Shown: one piece after another, positions 29,313-39,065 of the stretch
Numbering within the stretch: the stretch's first letter is position 1
How the letters are laid out: every line of letters begins with the position of its first letter
Notes under the pieces: model-generated
The model's input: the letters and a program-made list of their open reading frames with translations, nothing else
Database searches by the model: none
What the model was told of the DNA's origin: nothing
Assembly (NCBI GenBank): GCA_044226015.1
Contig: JBGAHS010000002.1
Location: 160,001 to 224,000, forward strand
Source of the DNA: Candidatus Obscuribacteraceae bacterium
GTDB lineage: Bacteria > Cyanobacteriota > Vampirovibrionia > Obscuribacterales > Obscuribacteraceae
Length of the DNA stretch: 64,000 nucleotides
Direction of reading: 5' to 3'
Position numbers and translations under genes: made by a program

Positions 29313-31514
29313 TTATAGCATTTCACCAACGTAACCTATATCTGCCCCGCCAATGAGTCCAGATAATCCATTTACATTAAGCTGCCTTCTAAATCTCAAG
29401 TCAGCACACATACCACTCTTCTGGTAGGTGGGGCGAGGCGCGCCGGAACCTGGGCCCCAACTATAGCCACGGTAAGGCGGGCTTGGATAGGCGCCTGTGG
29501 AGAAGTCATCCTGCCGACTGATTATGGGAGGAGCACCGCCACCTGCTCCACCGCTGTTCTTGCCAGAGGAAGAACTAGCACCACCGATTTCTGTGTTGTC
29601 GCCACAAGCAATGAGAGGTACTCCATTTACACCAATAATTCGCCTGGAATAAGGTGCGGTTTTGAGCTCAGACAGATTGGAAAAATCGGGCGACTTAGGC
29701 AAAGAACCGACTATCGGGTTGTCCATCGGCTCACCTTCATGAAGACCACCATAATCGGCTCCTCGCTGACGCACCATGTCTCGACAGTAGAAATCAAAAT
29801 TTGGTTTTGCTTGAATGGTTGTCGTGCTCACGCTGTAGCCCGGAGCAGCGCCCTTACTCTTGGTCTTATACTCGCCATCGTGGTCGTCACCACCCTTACT
29901 ATCGCCACCGCCGCCGTGACCGCCACCCACCTCAAAGACATCTCCACTAGTTGCCACTATTGTGCTCATTTGAGGATTTAGCATCTCCTGGTATTGCCTG
30001 GCAGGCGCATAAAGAAAGCTCGTCTTATTTCCTTTGCCGTCGTTGTAGTAGTGAATATCAATAGGTCCCGCTGTCCAAGGTGCAACGCCGCTAACCAGCG
30101 ACGAGCCATCGGAAAGTTCGGCATAGAGCTGCTTATGAGAAACAACCGTATATGGATATGGTTTTATTGTTTTAGAACGATAAAGAATGCTGCCATTTTT
30201 GTCGAAGGAGTAGATGTGCATAATTCCTTGCGGAACCTGCCCCAAGCTAAGCACCGACGAAGAAAATGGATCGGTCGCACGCCACAATATTGTGGCTGAA
30301 GGAGGATCATCAAACTGACCATCTTGCATTTTAAGCACTGAGTCTATGTTGACCCTTGAGCCACCATGGCGAATCCAGTCATAAATAGCGAGGCGAGCCA
30401 CATCAGCAGCTGGAGGCGGGCTGCTCGTCCAAGCCGGCGGGTCTGGCCACTGAGGAGCGCTTATGCTCGAGCTACCATCGACGGGAAAATCTCCACCATC
30501 AACGCTGAGGACGTCACACTTGGCCGTCTGCATGGCGGTCCACTGGTACAAATCTTTTACGAACCTCATTTCCGGCATAGGTCCATCCGGATAGCTTACT
30601 GTGAGCGCTCCACCAGTTGGGTGCTGCAGGTCATTGCCGGCCGTTGCCACAGCTGCGAAGTGCTGAACACTCTGCTTTCCTTGATCAACAAAATTCTGGT
30701 CTGCCTCAATTTTCACAACGGAAGCAATCTGGGTTGATAATCCATTAACAACAGGAAGTGATAAGGTCTTCTTGTACTTAGAAAGATCTCCCAAAGCAGG
30801 CGATTTGCCTGTCGAAGCGAAGACGAAAGGTTCACCATTGTAAGCAATATTTGTCTCGGAGACATAGCAACCATTTATCGACTCACCGCTCGCGACAGGC
30901 GCAGCTGCATTCGGCGTCGGAACCGGACTCTGCGTCGAAATTCCAGTCTCCAAACTACCTAGTTCCATAGTCATGGAGTTTCCAACGTAGCTAGAACCCT
31001 GTGCATTGTTTCTAAGATAAATAGCTTCAGCGTCATCGAAGGCTCGTACTTCCTTCCCATATGCGTCGTAAGCTATGCCGCCTCTTGTGCAAGACTTGTT
31101 GATTTCTTTGAACAACGAGTCTTTGGCTTTCAAAATATTCTTTCTATCTTGCAAAGCAAGATTTTTCATCAGACTGTCATTCAGCTTACAACCAATGATG
31201 TAATTCAAGCGGCACGTTGCCATTAGTTCATTGATGCTTCTAACCTCAATGAAGTAATTGTCATCGGCAATCGTTCCTGAACCGATCGGCGACTGATCGC
31301 AAAGACCTACGGTTCCGAATTCAGGTGTGTCAACGACTATGCGACCGATGTCTTGTGCTGCAACCAGAGCTGCCGCCTCTGCAGCGGTCTTCTGGCCCAT
31401 GTGACCTCTCGTCGTGTTGAGAAACGACAGACCAAACAACATCACAGCGACCAGCAATAGCGCTGTCACCGCAGTGAGGGCCAACATGTTGCCTTCGGTT
31501 TTACGGTGTCGCAT
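29313..31514 (-). CDS. Large TadG-like pilus-associated protein (paralog 1)
   Basis: MRHRKTEG|NMLAL hydrophobic helix, QKTAAEAAALVAA; collinear with 31689-33671. Confidence 0.75.
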   Translation of the reverse strand: MRHRKTEGNMLALTAVTALLLVAVMLFGLSFLNTTRGHMGQKTAAEAAALVAAQDIGRIVVDTPEFGTVGLCDQSPIGSGTIADDNYFIEVRSINELMATCRLNYIIGCKLNDSLMKNLALQDRKNILKAKDSLFKEINKSCTRGGIAYDAYGKEVRAFDDAEAIYLRNNAQGSSYVGNSMTMELGSLETGISTQSPVPTPNAAAPVASGESINGCYVSETNIAYNGEPFVFASTGKSPALGDLSKYKKTLSLPVVNGLSTQIASVVKIEADQNFVDQGKQSVQHFAAVATAGNDLQHPTGGALTVSYPDGPMPEMRFVKDLYQWTAMQTAKCDVLSVDGGDFPVDGSSSISAPQWPDPPAWTSSPPPAADVARLAIYDWIRHGGSRVNIDSVLKMQDGQFDDPPSATILWRATDPFSSSVLSLGQVPQGIMHIYSFDKNGSILYRSKTIKPYPYTVVSHKQLYAELSDGSSLVSGVAPWTAGPIDIHYYNDGKGNKTSFLYAPARQYQEMLNPQMSTIVATSGDVFEVGGGHGGGGDSKGGDDHDGEYKTKSKGAAPGYSVSTTTIQAKPNFDFYCRDMVRQRGADYGGLHEGEPMDNPIVGSLPKSPDFSNLSELKTAPYSRRIIGVNGVPLIACGDNTEIGGASSSSGKNSGGAGGGAPPIISRQDDFSTGAYPSPPYRGYSWGPGSGAPRPTYQKSGMCADLRFRRQLNVNGLSGLIGGADIGYVGEML

Positions 31515-31551
31515 GCGCGTCCCCTGACACCCCGCCTGATGAACTTCTTCT

Positions 31552-31581
31552 AAGATAGCCCCAGTAGTTAGTTTTTGTCAA
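31552..31581 (-). promoter_or_regulatory. Putative sigma70 promoter for TadG-like paralog 1
   Basis: TTGACA-N18-TATCTT on the minus strand. Confidence 0.5.
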
Positions 31582-31688
31582 ACATTGTCGGGCATTTTGA
31601 CAAAGGAAGTGAAACATTTTTGTCGAAATGTCTTAAGCCCCCGTGCTAAAGACTGGAAGCAAAATGCCACCATAGATAGTGGCAGCAC

Positions 31689-33671
31689 TTAATCCATTTC
31701 ACCCACATAGCCGACCTCGAATGCAGCCAAGAGGTCACCAACTTTTGCCTGGCGACGAAATCTCAACTCCACTGCCAGACCAGTTTTGGTGTAGGTTGGA
31801 CGAGGTTTGCCGCCCGATGGGCCCTTGCTATATTTGTTGTACTGCGGCGCTGGAATTGTACTGGTTGCGAAATCATCTTGCTTGCTAATTGTCGGAGGAA
31901 TGCCAATGCCAACGCCGCCAATCGTCAGATTCAGGTTGCCACCTACCTCTGAATTGTCATCATAGGAACTTGAAGCTGCAGTAGTTCGACTCAGTGCGAG
32001 TAATTGTTGTTTTTCTAGGGACTTTCCAGAGCTAGCAACCATGTCGCAGTCCATAGAAGAGCCATCATGACTGCCACCATAGGCAACACCACGTTCTCGA
32101 ACTTGATCACGCACGTAAAAATCGAAATGATTGGTACCGAAGAAATCGACTAATTTTGGCAAGAATGAGCCAAGGTTCGATTTATCGGGAACGTTAAGGT
32201 TGATACCGAGGATGCTCCAACTCGCGGTTTTAGAATTTAGCTCTTGCCCGTCCGCAAGTTCTGCATAAAGCTGTTTCTCGGCAACAGCAGTGTACGGCTC
32301 GGGTTTGGCATCCTTGCTTCGATAAAGAATGCTGCCATCTGCTGCAAATGAATAAATATGCACCACGCCTTTGGGCACCATCCCAAGGGTCAAAGACAAT
32401 AGAGTTTTCGGATCCTTCGACTTCCATAAAGTTTTTGAGCTTGATGGAGCGTTGAAAGCAGCGGGCGATGAACCACCGTTCGTACCCGGCTTAAACATAT
32501 TCACCACTGAGTCGACATTTACTCCAGATCCGGCGGCTCTAATCCAATCATAGACTCCTAATCTGCTCACGAGCGCCGGGCTCGGTGGACTCGCCGGCCA
32601 TGTTGGTGTGTCAATCCACATGGGAGGCACAATACTAGCCTTCGGCGCATCAACAGGAAAGTCACCGCCATCAGCAGAAAGCACATCACAATGCTTTGAG
32701 GTCATCTCAGACCAGGTAAACAGGTCAGAAGGACAGGTTAGCTCGTCCACAGGACCATCGGGAAAACTGATTGTGAGGGCTCCGCCCGGAGTATGTTCCA
32801 CATCATTGCCAGTGGTAGCACATGCCGCAAAATGCTGAACATAGTTTTTTCCCTGGTCCTGAAATTTCTGGTCAGCATCGACGCGCACTACAGCAGGCAT
32901 CTGATATGGCAGCCCATCAATCGAGCTGCTGTATTTGCTCAAATCTCCCAGGGCAACTCTTTTTCCTGTCGACGCAAAGACAAAATTCTCACCATCATAA
33001 GGAATGTTGGTATCAGAAACATAGCAACCGGCGAGAGTTTGCGAACCACTTGCTTGCGCCTTTGAGCCAGGGTTTGCTACTGAAATTTGCGTTCCAATTC
33101 CAGCGTTCAAGCTGCCATAGCTCAAAGTAAGGGTCGGTGGCACATATTCAGAAGCCTTCGCGAGATTCTTCATATAAATTGCAAATGCATCGTCATAGGT
33201 TTTCACCTCGTTTCCGTAGGCATCTTTCGCAGTACCGCCAGCAACAAGGGTCTTCTTTATCTCCTCATCTAATTTCTTTTTGGCTTTCAGAATATTGTCC
33301 CGGTCTTGCAAAGCCAGGCTCTTCATAAAACTGTCGTTCAGTTGTGTTCCAATGATGTAATCAAGCCGCGCCGTTGCCATCAACTCATTGATGCTTCGAA
33401 CCTCACAGAAATAATTGTCATCTGCCAAAGTTCCCTTGCCACAAGGCGCTATGTCGCAAAGCGAGACATAACCGCATTCGGGAGTATTCACAACAATTCG
33501 CCCTATGTCTTGAGCGGCTGCCAGCGCTGCAGCTTCCGCGGCAGTTTTCTGCTCAAGATTTGCCCTCGATACGTTGAGGTAGGTTAGCCCGAACATCATA
33601 ATGGCAATAATAAGGAAGGCAGTAGCTGCTACCATAGCCAGCATATTTCCTTCTTTATTCCGCTGAGACAT
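31689..33671 (-). CDS. Large TadG-like pilus-associated protein (paralog 2)
   Basis: MSQRNKEG|NMLAM hydrophobic helix, QKTAAEAAALAAA; shares DDNYF.EVRSINELMAT.RL.YIIG and the C-terminus with paralog 1. Confidence 0.75.
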   Translation of the reverse strand: MSQRNKEGNMLAMVAATAFLIIAIMMFGLTYLNVSRANLEQKTAAEAAALAAAQDIGRIVVNTPECGYVSLCDIAPCGKGTLADDNYFCEVRSINELMATARLDYIIGTQLNDSFMKSLALQDRDNILKAKKKLDEEIKKTLVAGGTAKDAYGNEVKTYDDAFAIYMKNLAKASEYVPPTLTLSYGSLNAGIGTQISVANPGSKAQASGSQTLAGCYVSDTNIPYDGENFVFASTGKRVALGDLSKYSSSIDGLPYQMPAVVRVDADQKFQDQGKNYVQHFAACATTGNDVEHTPGGALTISFPDGPVDELTCPSDLFTWSEMTSKHCDVLSADGGDFPVDAPKASIVPPMWIDTPTWPASPPSPALVSRLGVYDWIRAAGSGVNVDSVVNMFKPGTNGGSSPAAFNAPSSSKTLWKSKDPKTLLSLTLGMVPKGVVHIYSFAADGSILYRSKDAKPEPYTAVAEKQLYAELADGQELNSKTASWSILGINLNVPDKSNLGSFLPKLVDFFGTNHFDFYVRDQVRERGVAYGGSHDGSSMDCDMVASSGKSLEKQQLLALSRTTAASSSYDDNSEVGGNLNLTIGGVGIGIPPTISKQDDFATSTIPAPQYNKYSKGPSGGKPRPTYTKTGLAVELRFRRQAKVGDLLAAFEVGYVGEMD

Positions 33672-33720
33672 TCAGGCACCCTAACAAAACAGTTACAAAT
33701 AGCACGAGAACTACATTTCT

Positions 33721-33749
33721 AACTTATATCCGTCAGAATCTTTTGTCAA
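33721..33749 (-). promoter_or_regulatory. Putative sigma70 promoter for TadG-like paralog 2
   Basis: TTGACA-N17-TAAGTT on the minus strand. Confidence 0.45.
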
Positions 33750-33770
33750 TTTCGCAATGATTAAACAGCT

Positions 33771-34949
33771 GTGCTGAACCTAAGACCCACTACAGCAGCT
33801 AATTCCAAGCAGCGCACTCGCGTTGCCACTATTATCAGAATAACAATATTGTTATGCCTGCTATGCCTGAGAATGCAGTGCCTGCCGGGCAAGGCGGCCA
33901 GCCCGGATGACTGCCCTTATCAAAATGACTGGCATTTGAAGGTCACTCCGATACAAAAAGTAAAAGCAAAGCTGACCTTCTCGATGAAACCAAGCGACGA
34001 TTCATCGATTCAGCAATGGACAGTTTTTGGCTGCAAGCTGCCAAATCTATTGGCACAGACGAATTGCCAATCATCAATGCATGTTGACGGAGCCGACATC
34101 AAAGCGGCAGAAGTGATTGAAGACTCAAGTATTCACAGAAAGGTTTTGCGAATTCACACTAATGACCAAAACCAATTCAGGAAGAGCTTAACTGTAGCCG
34201 CAGATTACGATGCAACGTTAAACAAAATCGAATTGGTAAGCGGAAAGAGCAGTTCAAGAAAAATAGCTCTCACCGCGAAAGAACGCCAAGAAAATCTGCA
34301 ACACACTTTTAGCCTCGATTTCGATGCGCCCAATTTTCAGGAGTTTTTGAAGACAAATCAGTTCACAAAAAATGCAGATGAATCCGAGCTTTGCTTCGCC
34401 TGGCGCGTTTTCTGCGCGCTGAAGAAACAGTACAAGTACTACTGGACGCAAACTTTGGACAGGCGAGCATCCGTCACTTGCCGAAATCATGCCACCGACT
34501 GCGGTGGCTTATCTTATATCTTTTGCAGCATACTCCGCGCAAATAAAATTCCTGCACGACCACTAATAGGACGCTGGGCAAGCAGCGATGACAGAGAAGA
34601 AGATTTCAATTCAGCATACAAATGCCACGTTAAAAGCGAGTTTTTTGTTGATGGTATTGGCTGGATTCCCGCCGACCTATCAGAAGCTATCAGCTATCGC
34701 AAGACAAATCCTTCAAGATTTTTCGGCAACACAAATGGCGATTTCATGGTGATGCATACAAACCCTGACTTGATTTTAGACACTCTCATCGATGGAAAAA
34801 AGCATATTCGTTCAAACCCGGACTTTCGCGTTTGGGCATTAAGCGAAAAAGGTGATAAGGCAGCTGGCAGCAGAATTCCCCGGCGCATTCGCTGGGAAGT
34901 TAGCAGCGAAAGATTGCAGGACTTGCAAGCAGAAACAAAGCCAAATTAA
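33771..34949 (+). CDS. Exported transglutaminase-like (Cys-His-Asp) protein
   Basis: TDCGGLS..F..ILRA.KIPAR..GR, CHVKSEFFVDGIGWIPAD. Confidence 0.88.
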   Translation: MLNLRPTTAANSKQRTRVATIIRITILLCLLCLRMQCLPGKAASPDDCPYQNDWHLKVTPIQKVKAKLTFSMKPSDDSSIQQWTVFGCKLPNLLAQTNCQSSMHVDGADIKAAEVIEDSSIHRKVLRIHTNDQNQFRKSLTVAADYDATLNKIELVSGKSSSRKIALTAKERQENLQHTFSLDFDAPNFQEFLKTNQFTKNADESELCFAWRVFCALKKQYKYYWTQTLDRRASVTCRNHATDCGGLSYIFCSILRANKIPARPLIGRWASSDDREEDFNSAYKCHVKSEFFVDGIGWIPADLSEAISYRKTNPSRFFGNTNGDFMVMHTNPDLILDTLIDGKKHIRSNPDFRVWALSEKGDKAAGSRIPRRIRWEVSSERLQDLQAETKPN

Positions 34950-35009
34950 ACCCGCTCAGTGCGGTTTGCAGCATTGACTACAACGGCGAGAAACGCTGAG
35001 CGCAAAAGG

Positions 35010-38000
35010 CTAATTACCCTTCGGAGGCTCTGTCTGTGGCGGGTCTTCCGGTTTCTTTTTCGGCGGTGCTTTCTGCTTTAACGGGTTGAATTTCATAGGA
35101 TCAATAGCATGCCGGGGCGCTTCCTTCTCTTTCGATTGAGGTGCGGCGGGCTTATCCACAGGTTTGTCTTTTGCAGGCCCCTGATGCGCTTCGGAAGAGC
35201 GACTCATTCCCGGAGAACCAAAGGGCAAAGACACTCCTTGCTGATGCGACTGAGGCACTTGTTGCTGCTGCTGGGATGGAGGCTGCTGACCTGTGCTGTG
35301 ACCACTTTGTTGTATAGCTTCAGTTTGCCAAGCATTTTGCTGCGCTTGATTTTCTTGCGCTGGAGGCAACCAGGCATTGCCCACGCTCTGCGGGTTGTAG
35401 CCCGAGTCTGGTGCAGCACCTTGTTGTTGCTGCGGGTAAGCATCAGGGGTTTGATAATGATGCTGCGTCTGATCATAATTTTGCTGGTACATAGGCGCCG
35501 GTTGATCAGAACTCGTTTGTGGGTATGACGCTTGCATTGCCTGCGCTTGAGCTGCTTGATCAGCTTGAGCCTGCTGCTGATACAAATATTGTTGCTGGAG
35601 ATCAGATTGCGTCTGTTGCTGGTTTTGGAATTGTTGTGCCTGATCTGCTTGTTGTTGAGCCTGTTGTTGTTGATACATAAATTGCTGATCGGCCTGCGCC
35701 TGCGCTTGTGCCTGCGCTTGGAACTGATCTTGTTGCGCTTGTTGGGCTTGCTGCATATAACTCTGCTGTTGCTCAGAAGGCGCTTGATTCTGCGACTGTG
35801 AATAGTTCTGTTGGTAGTTATTCATCTGTGGAGTTCCATCAGACGAGTACGAACCAGCGCTCGACGATGGGTAAGCCGAACTAAAACCACCTTGTCCACT
35901 AGCGTCGCTAGAACCGGATGAATAACCACTTGCGCCACCACTTACACCAGATGAATATCCGCCGTCGCTAGAACCTGATGAATAGCCGGTAGCACCAGCA
36001 CCATAACCCTGGTAGTTTGAGTCAGGACCGGAAGGCATCGAACTACTTGGATAGCTTTGATATCCCGAAGTCGAAGAATCCGAACTGTAGCCCGTAGCGC
36101 CTGGAGCAGCATAACCGCTTTGGCTTTGAGCAGTGTCGCTAGCACCAGAGCCACCATATGTTTGTGCTGTGAAGCTGTATCCTACAGCTGAAGAATCCGC
36201 AGAGCTACCCGTGTAAGATTCTTTGAAGTGCCTCATACTATCCTGAGCGCCCCTTAAGTCGGCAGCCATAAGCTGCAGAGACTCAGACGGGGACGAACCA
36301 CTGCCACCATGCAACTGCTGAGAGAAGACTTCTGCTCGCTGATTCCAACTCTCAACAGTAGCGGCTTGCACTTGAGGAGACATGCCAGAAAGTTGGGGTC
36401 CAACTTCAGTCATTTCTCGCGCAAGGCTTGTGAGCCCATGCACGGCTGCAGGGTTCAAGCTTGTTGCGTCATTGCCCGGGCTTTGAATCGTAGCGCTAGC
36501 ATTTTGCAAGGTGTTGCTGACGTTATCGAACACGTTCGTGAAGCCAGGCGGAAGAGGACCGGAACCGGCATTAACGGAATCACCACTCACATTGAAGTTG
36601 CCACCAGCATTGATACCACTCATGGAATCTGGCAGACCGATTGTCTTACCATCAGCAGATGCGTGACCTTCGGCATTCATCAAATCTGACTTCCACTTGT
36701 CCATCAAATCATTGCGTTTGCTATTATCATCGGAATTGCCAAAAGCGTTACGCATTTCAACATCTTTAGCGGCAGCATTGTAGTTGTTGATTGCTTCCTG
36801 CCGGCTCATCGGCACGCCTTCTCGTGGGAAGTTAGCAAGATTTTCTCGTCCCAGCAGATTCGAAGCTTCAGCAGCTGAATATCGAGAATTTGCACCATCA
36901 ACTGTACCAGTCAGATTATTGGCATTGAAGGACGAAGAATTACTTACATTGATATCGCCAGGAGGTACTACTGGACCAGACTGTGAAGAAGGCGCATTCA
37001 TACCGAAGGTTGAGGATGTCGAAGAGGAATCTGATCCTGAAACTCCACGCTCACCCTGATTACCGCCGACACCTGAAACTCCGTGCCCCTGAGCACCGGT
37101 TCCGGCTAGCCCACCGCTATGACCGGTGCCACCATCTCTGGCGGCAGCAGCTCCATGTCCGCTCAGCGAGGTATCAGCTTTGGCAGCATGCCCAACGCCA
37201 GCAGAATGCGAAGCTGCGGCGTTGCTTACAGTGCCCGATACGTGCAGATTCGCCCCGCCATGTCCGGAACCAGTGAGCGAACCCATGGTTCCAGCACCAT
37301 GACCGGCACCAGCAGCAGCACTGTGAGCAGCTCCACCGGTGCGGCCGCCATGCCCACCACCAGCTTTCGATCCACCATGTGCAGCACCATGTCCCCCCGC
37401 GCGTCCACCAGCATGACCGCCTTTGCCGCCACCGTGAGAGCCACCACCAGCAACACCAGGACGAGAACTCTGACTCATCTTTTCTGCAGCTTCATTCATC
37501 GAAGCTGCAGCCTTAGAGCCAGCTTCTTTAACCAGTCCTGCAAAATCGAAGGCACTCTTTACTGATTGCAACGATAGGAAGAACAACGCCGAACAGGCGA
37601 TGGTGCCTGTTTCATCAAGACCTTTGAAACACGCCATGAGCAGTACCGTAGTGTTCCAAAACAGTCCCCAGAAAGATAGGGTTATGACGCCCTCTACCCA
37701 ACCACCAAAGGCCGCTCGCAAGGTATCATGCGGGTAAACCCAGAGTGCCGCAATAACCGGTCCTACCAGCCATAAATACATCATGAATACAACCTGGAAC
37801 GCACACAGAATGTTCCAGGTCGATGCCAGCACAGCATTGCTCATATTATTGAAGAATCTAGCTGTGACGGAAAGGAAGGGCGCTTGCTCATCAGCATGAT
37901 CTGGGTCTGCAACAGCAATACCAGCGCAAGGGTCTTCTTTCTTTACCTCAAAGGCTCGTCCCTCGATGCCTGCTGCAGGGGTGTTTCCTTCAGCACCCGA

Positions 38001-39059
38001 ACCTTGCCACGGCACTACTTCCTTATAAATACCATTCCTATTTTCATGAGCCTGTCGCAGCGGAAATGCACGAATAACAGTGCAAAGAGCATCTTTATAC
38101 ATGTTGGACTGAAACATGCGTTCATAATTTTCCGATATCGTAATGGTTAACGAGTTGTTTAAGTCGATACCGTAATTTACTACCAAATAAGTCGCGGGAA
38201 TCAGGAAAATTGCGACAATCGACCTGATTATGCCCTCGAATGGACTCACATCAGCTCCACCAAGGGGCATACCAGCAGCAACGATTACTTTGACCTGTGC
38301 AAGTACAGCGCCTGGCAAAAGCAAAAGAATTGCCATTGGAACAAAGAGCTGATCGCGGATTTTATTCCAGCGGTTATTCTTATCGGCAGTGAAATTAGTA
38401 ACCGTGCAGGAAATATAGTCGATGGCACTGGCACCTTGCTGACGAATCATATTGGCAAAACTATTGGAAGAGTCTTGAGCCTGGCTGGCTCCCATACATG
38501 CGCCCAACCACATGATGCGCTCGGGGTCAAACATTTCCTCGAGCATTATTTGCTGATTCATTCGGTGAATCATTTGATATTGCGTATCAGAAATCGGCAA
38601 CCCAAACGTTTTCATTCGATGCTTCATGATTCCCATGTCGCGCTTTGTTGGTACCGCTGAAGTAGCCTCAGGAATAATTACCGGCCATGTATACACTGGA
38701 CCACCATGGTCAACCGTCCCTGGTCCTATCGACTCTTGCTTAACTACTTCATCCATTCCATCAGGATTTCGCTTTGTCGGAGGTCCAAAGGGAATAGACA
38801 ATTTATTGGCGCGGCGATAGTCCTCACGAACGTCGTAAGCTCCCGTCTTCAACCCATCATTAGGAGCATCATCTGCAAGAGTTCCAGTATTCCCGCCACT
38901 GCTGCCGCCAGACCCGCCAGAGCTGCCACCGCCCGAGCCACCACTACCCTGTGCCAGAACCATCGAGCAGAGGCTCATACTTAAAATTCCCAGCAAAAAC
39001 ATTTGCGTTAGCAGCAAGCTAAACCGTCGTTGAATTGATTTCCCAGAATTCATTTTCAT
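35010..39059 (-). CDS. Giant VirB6/TrbL-like membrane protein with Gly/His-, Ser- and Gln-rich tail
   Basis: 1349 aa; signal peptide; TM core homologous to 39066-41216; ~800-aa low-complexity C-terminus. Confidence 0.75.
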   Translation of the reverse strand: MKMNSGKSIQRRFSLLLTQMFLLGILSMSLCSMVLAQGSGGSGGGSSGGSGGSSGGNTGTLADDAPNDGLKTGAYDVREDYRRANKLSIPFGPPTKRNPDGMDEVVKQESIGPGTVDHGGPVYTWPVIIPEATSAVPTKRDMGIMKHRMKTFGLPISDTQYQMIHRMNQQIMLEEMFDPERIMWLGACMGASQAQDSSNSFANMIRQQGASAIDYISCTVTNFTADKNNRWNKIRDQLFVPMAILLLLPGAVLAQVKVIVAAGMPLGGADVSPFEGIIRSIVAIFLIPATYLVVNYGIDLNNSLTITISENYERMFQSNMYKDALCTVIRAFPLRQAHENRNGIYKEVVPWQGSGAEGNTPAAGIEGRAFEVKKEDPCAGIAVADPDHADEQAPFLSVTARFFNNMSNAVLASTWNILCAFQVVFMMYLWLVGPVIAALWVYPHDTLRAAFGGWVEGVITLSFWGLFWNTTVLLMACFKGLDETGTIACSALFFLSLQSVKSAFDFAGLVKEAGSKAAASMNEAAEKMSQSSRPGVAGGGSHGGGKGGHAGGRAGGHGAAHGGSKAGGGHGGRTGGAAHSAAAGAGHGAGTMGSLTGSGHGGANLHVSGTVSNAAASHSAGVGHAAKADTSLSGHGAAAARDGGTGHSGGLAGTGAQGHGVSGVGGNQGERGVSGSDSSSTSSTFGMNAPSSQSGPVVPPGDINVSNSSSFNANNLTGTVDGANSRYSAAEASNLLGRENLANFPREGVPMSRQEAINNYNAAAKDVEMRNAFGNSDDNSKRNDLMDKWKSDLMNAEGHASADGKTIGLPDSMSGINAGGNFNVSGDSVNAGSGPLPPGFTNVFDNVSNTLQNASATIQSPGNDATSLNPAAVHGLTSLAREMTEVGPQLSGMSPQVQAATVESWNQRAEVFSQQLHGGSGSSPSESLQLMAADLRGAQDSMRHFKESYTGSSADSSAVGYSFTAQTYGGSGASDTAQSQSGYAAPGATGYSSDSSTSGYQSYPSSSMPSGPDSNYQGYGAGATGYSSGSSDGGYSSGVSGGASGYSSGSSDASGQGGFSSAYPSSSAGSYSSDGTPQMNNYQQNYSQSQNQAPSEQQQSYMQQAQQAQQDQFQAQAQAQAQADQQFMYQQQQAQQQADQAQQFQNQQQTQSDLQQQYLYQQQAQADQAAQAQAMQASYPQTSSDQPAPMYQQNYDQTQHHYQTPDAYPQQQQGAAPDSGYNPQSVGNAWLPPAQENQAQQNAWQTEAIQQSGHSTGQQPPSQQQQQVPQSHQQGVSLPFGSPGMSRSSEAHQGPAKDKPVDKPAAPQSKEKEAPRHAIDPMKFNPLKQKAPPKKKPEDPPQTEPPKGN

Positions 39060-39065
39060 TGCTGT

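Noticed and set aside
33690..33730. Extra copy of the GTAGT-N6-ACTAC operator upstream of the TadG-like genes
   Set aside because: Only half-sites or a 3/5 second arm (also near 31563); expected by chance
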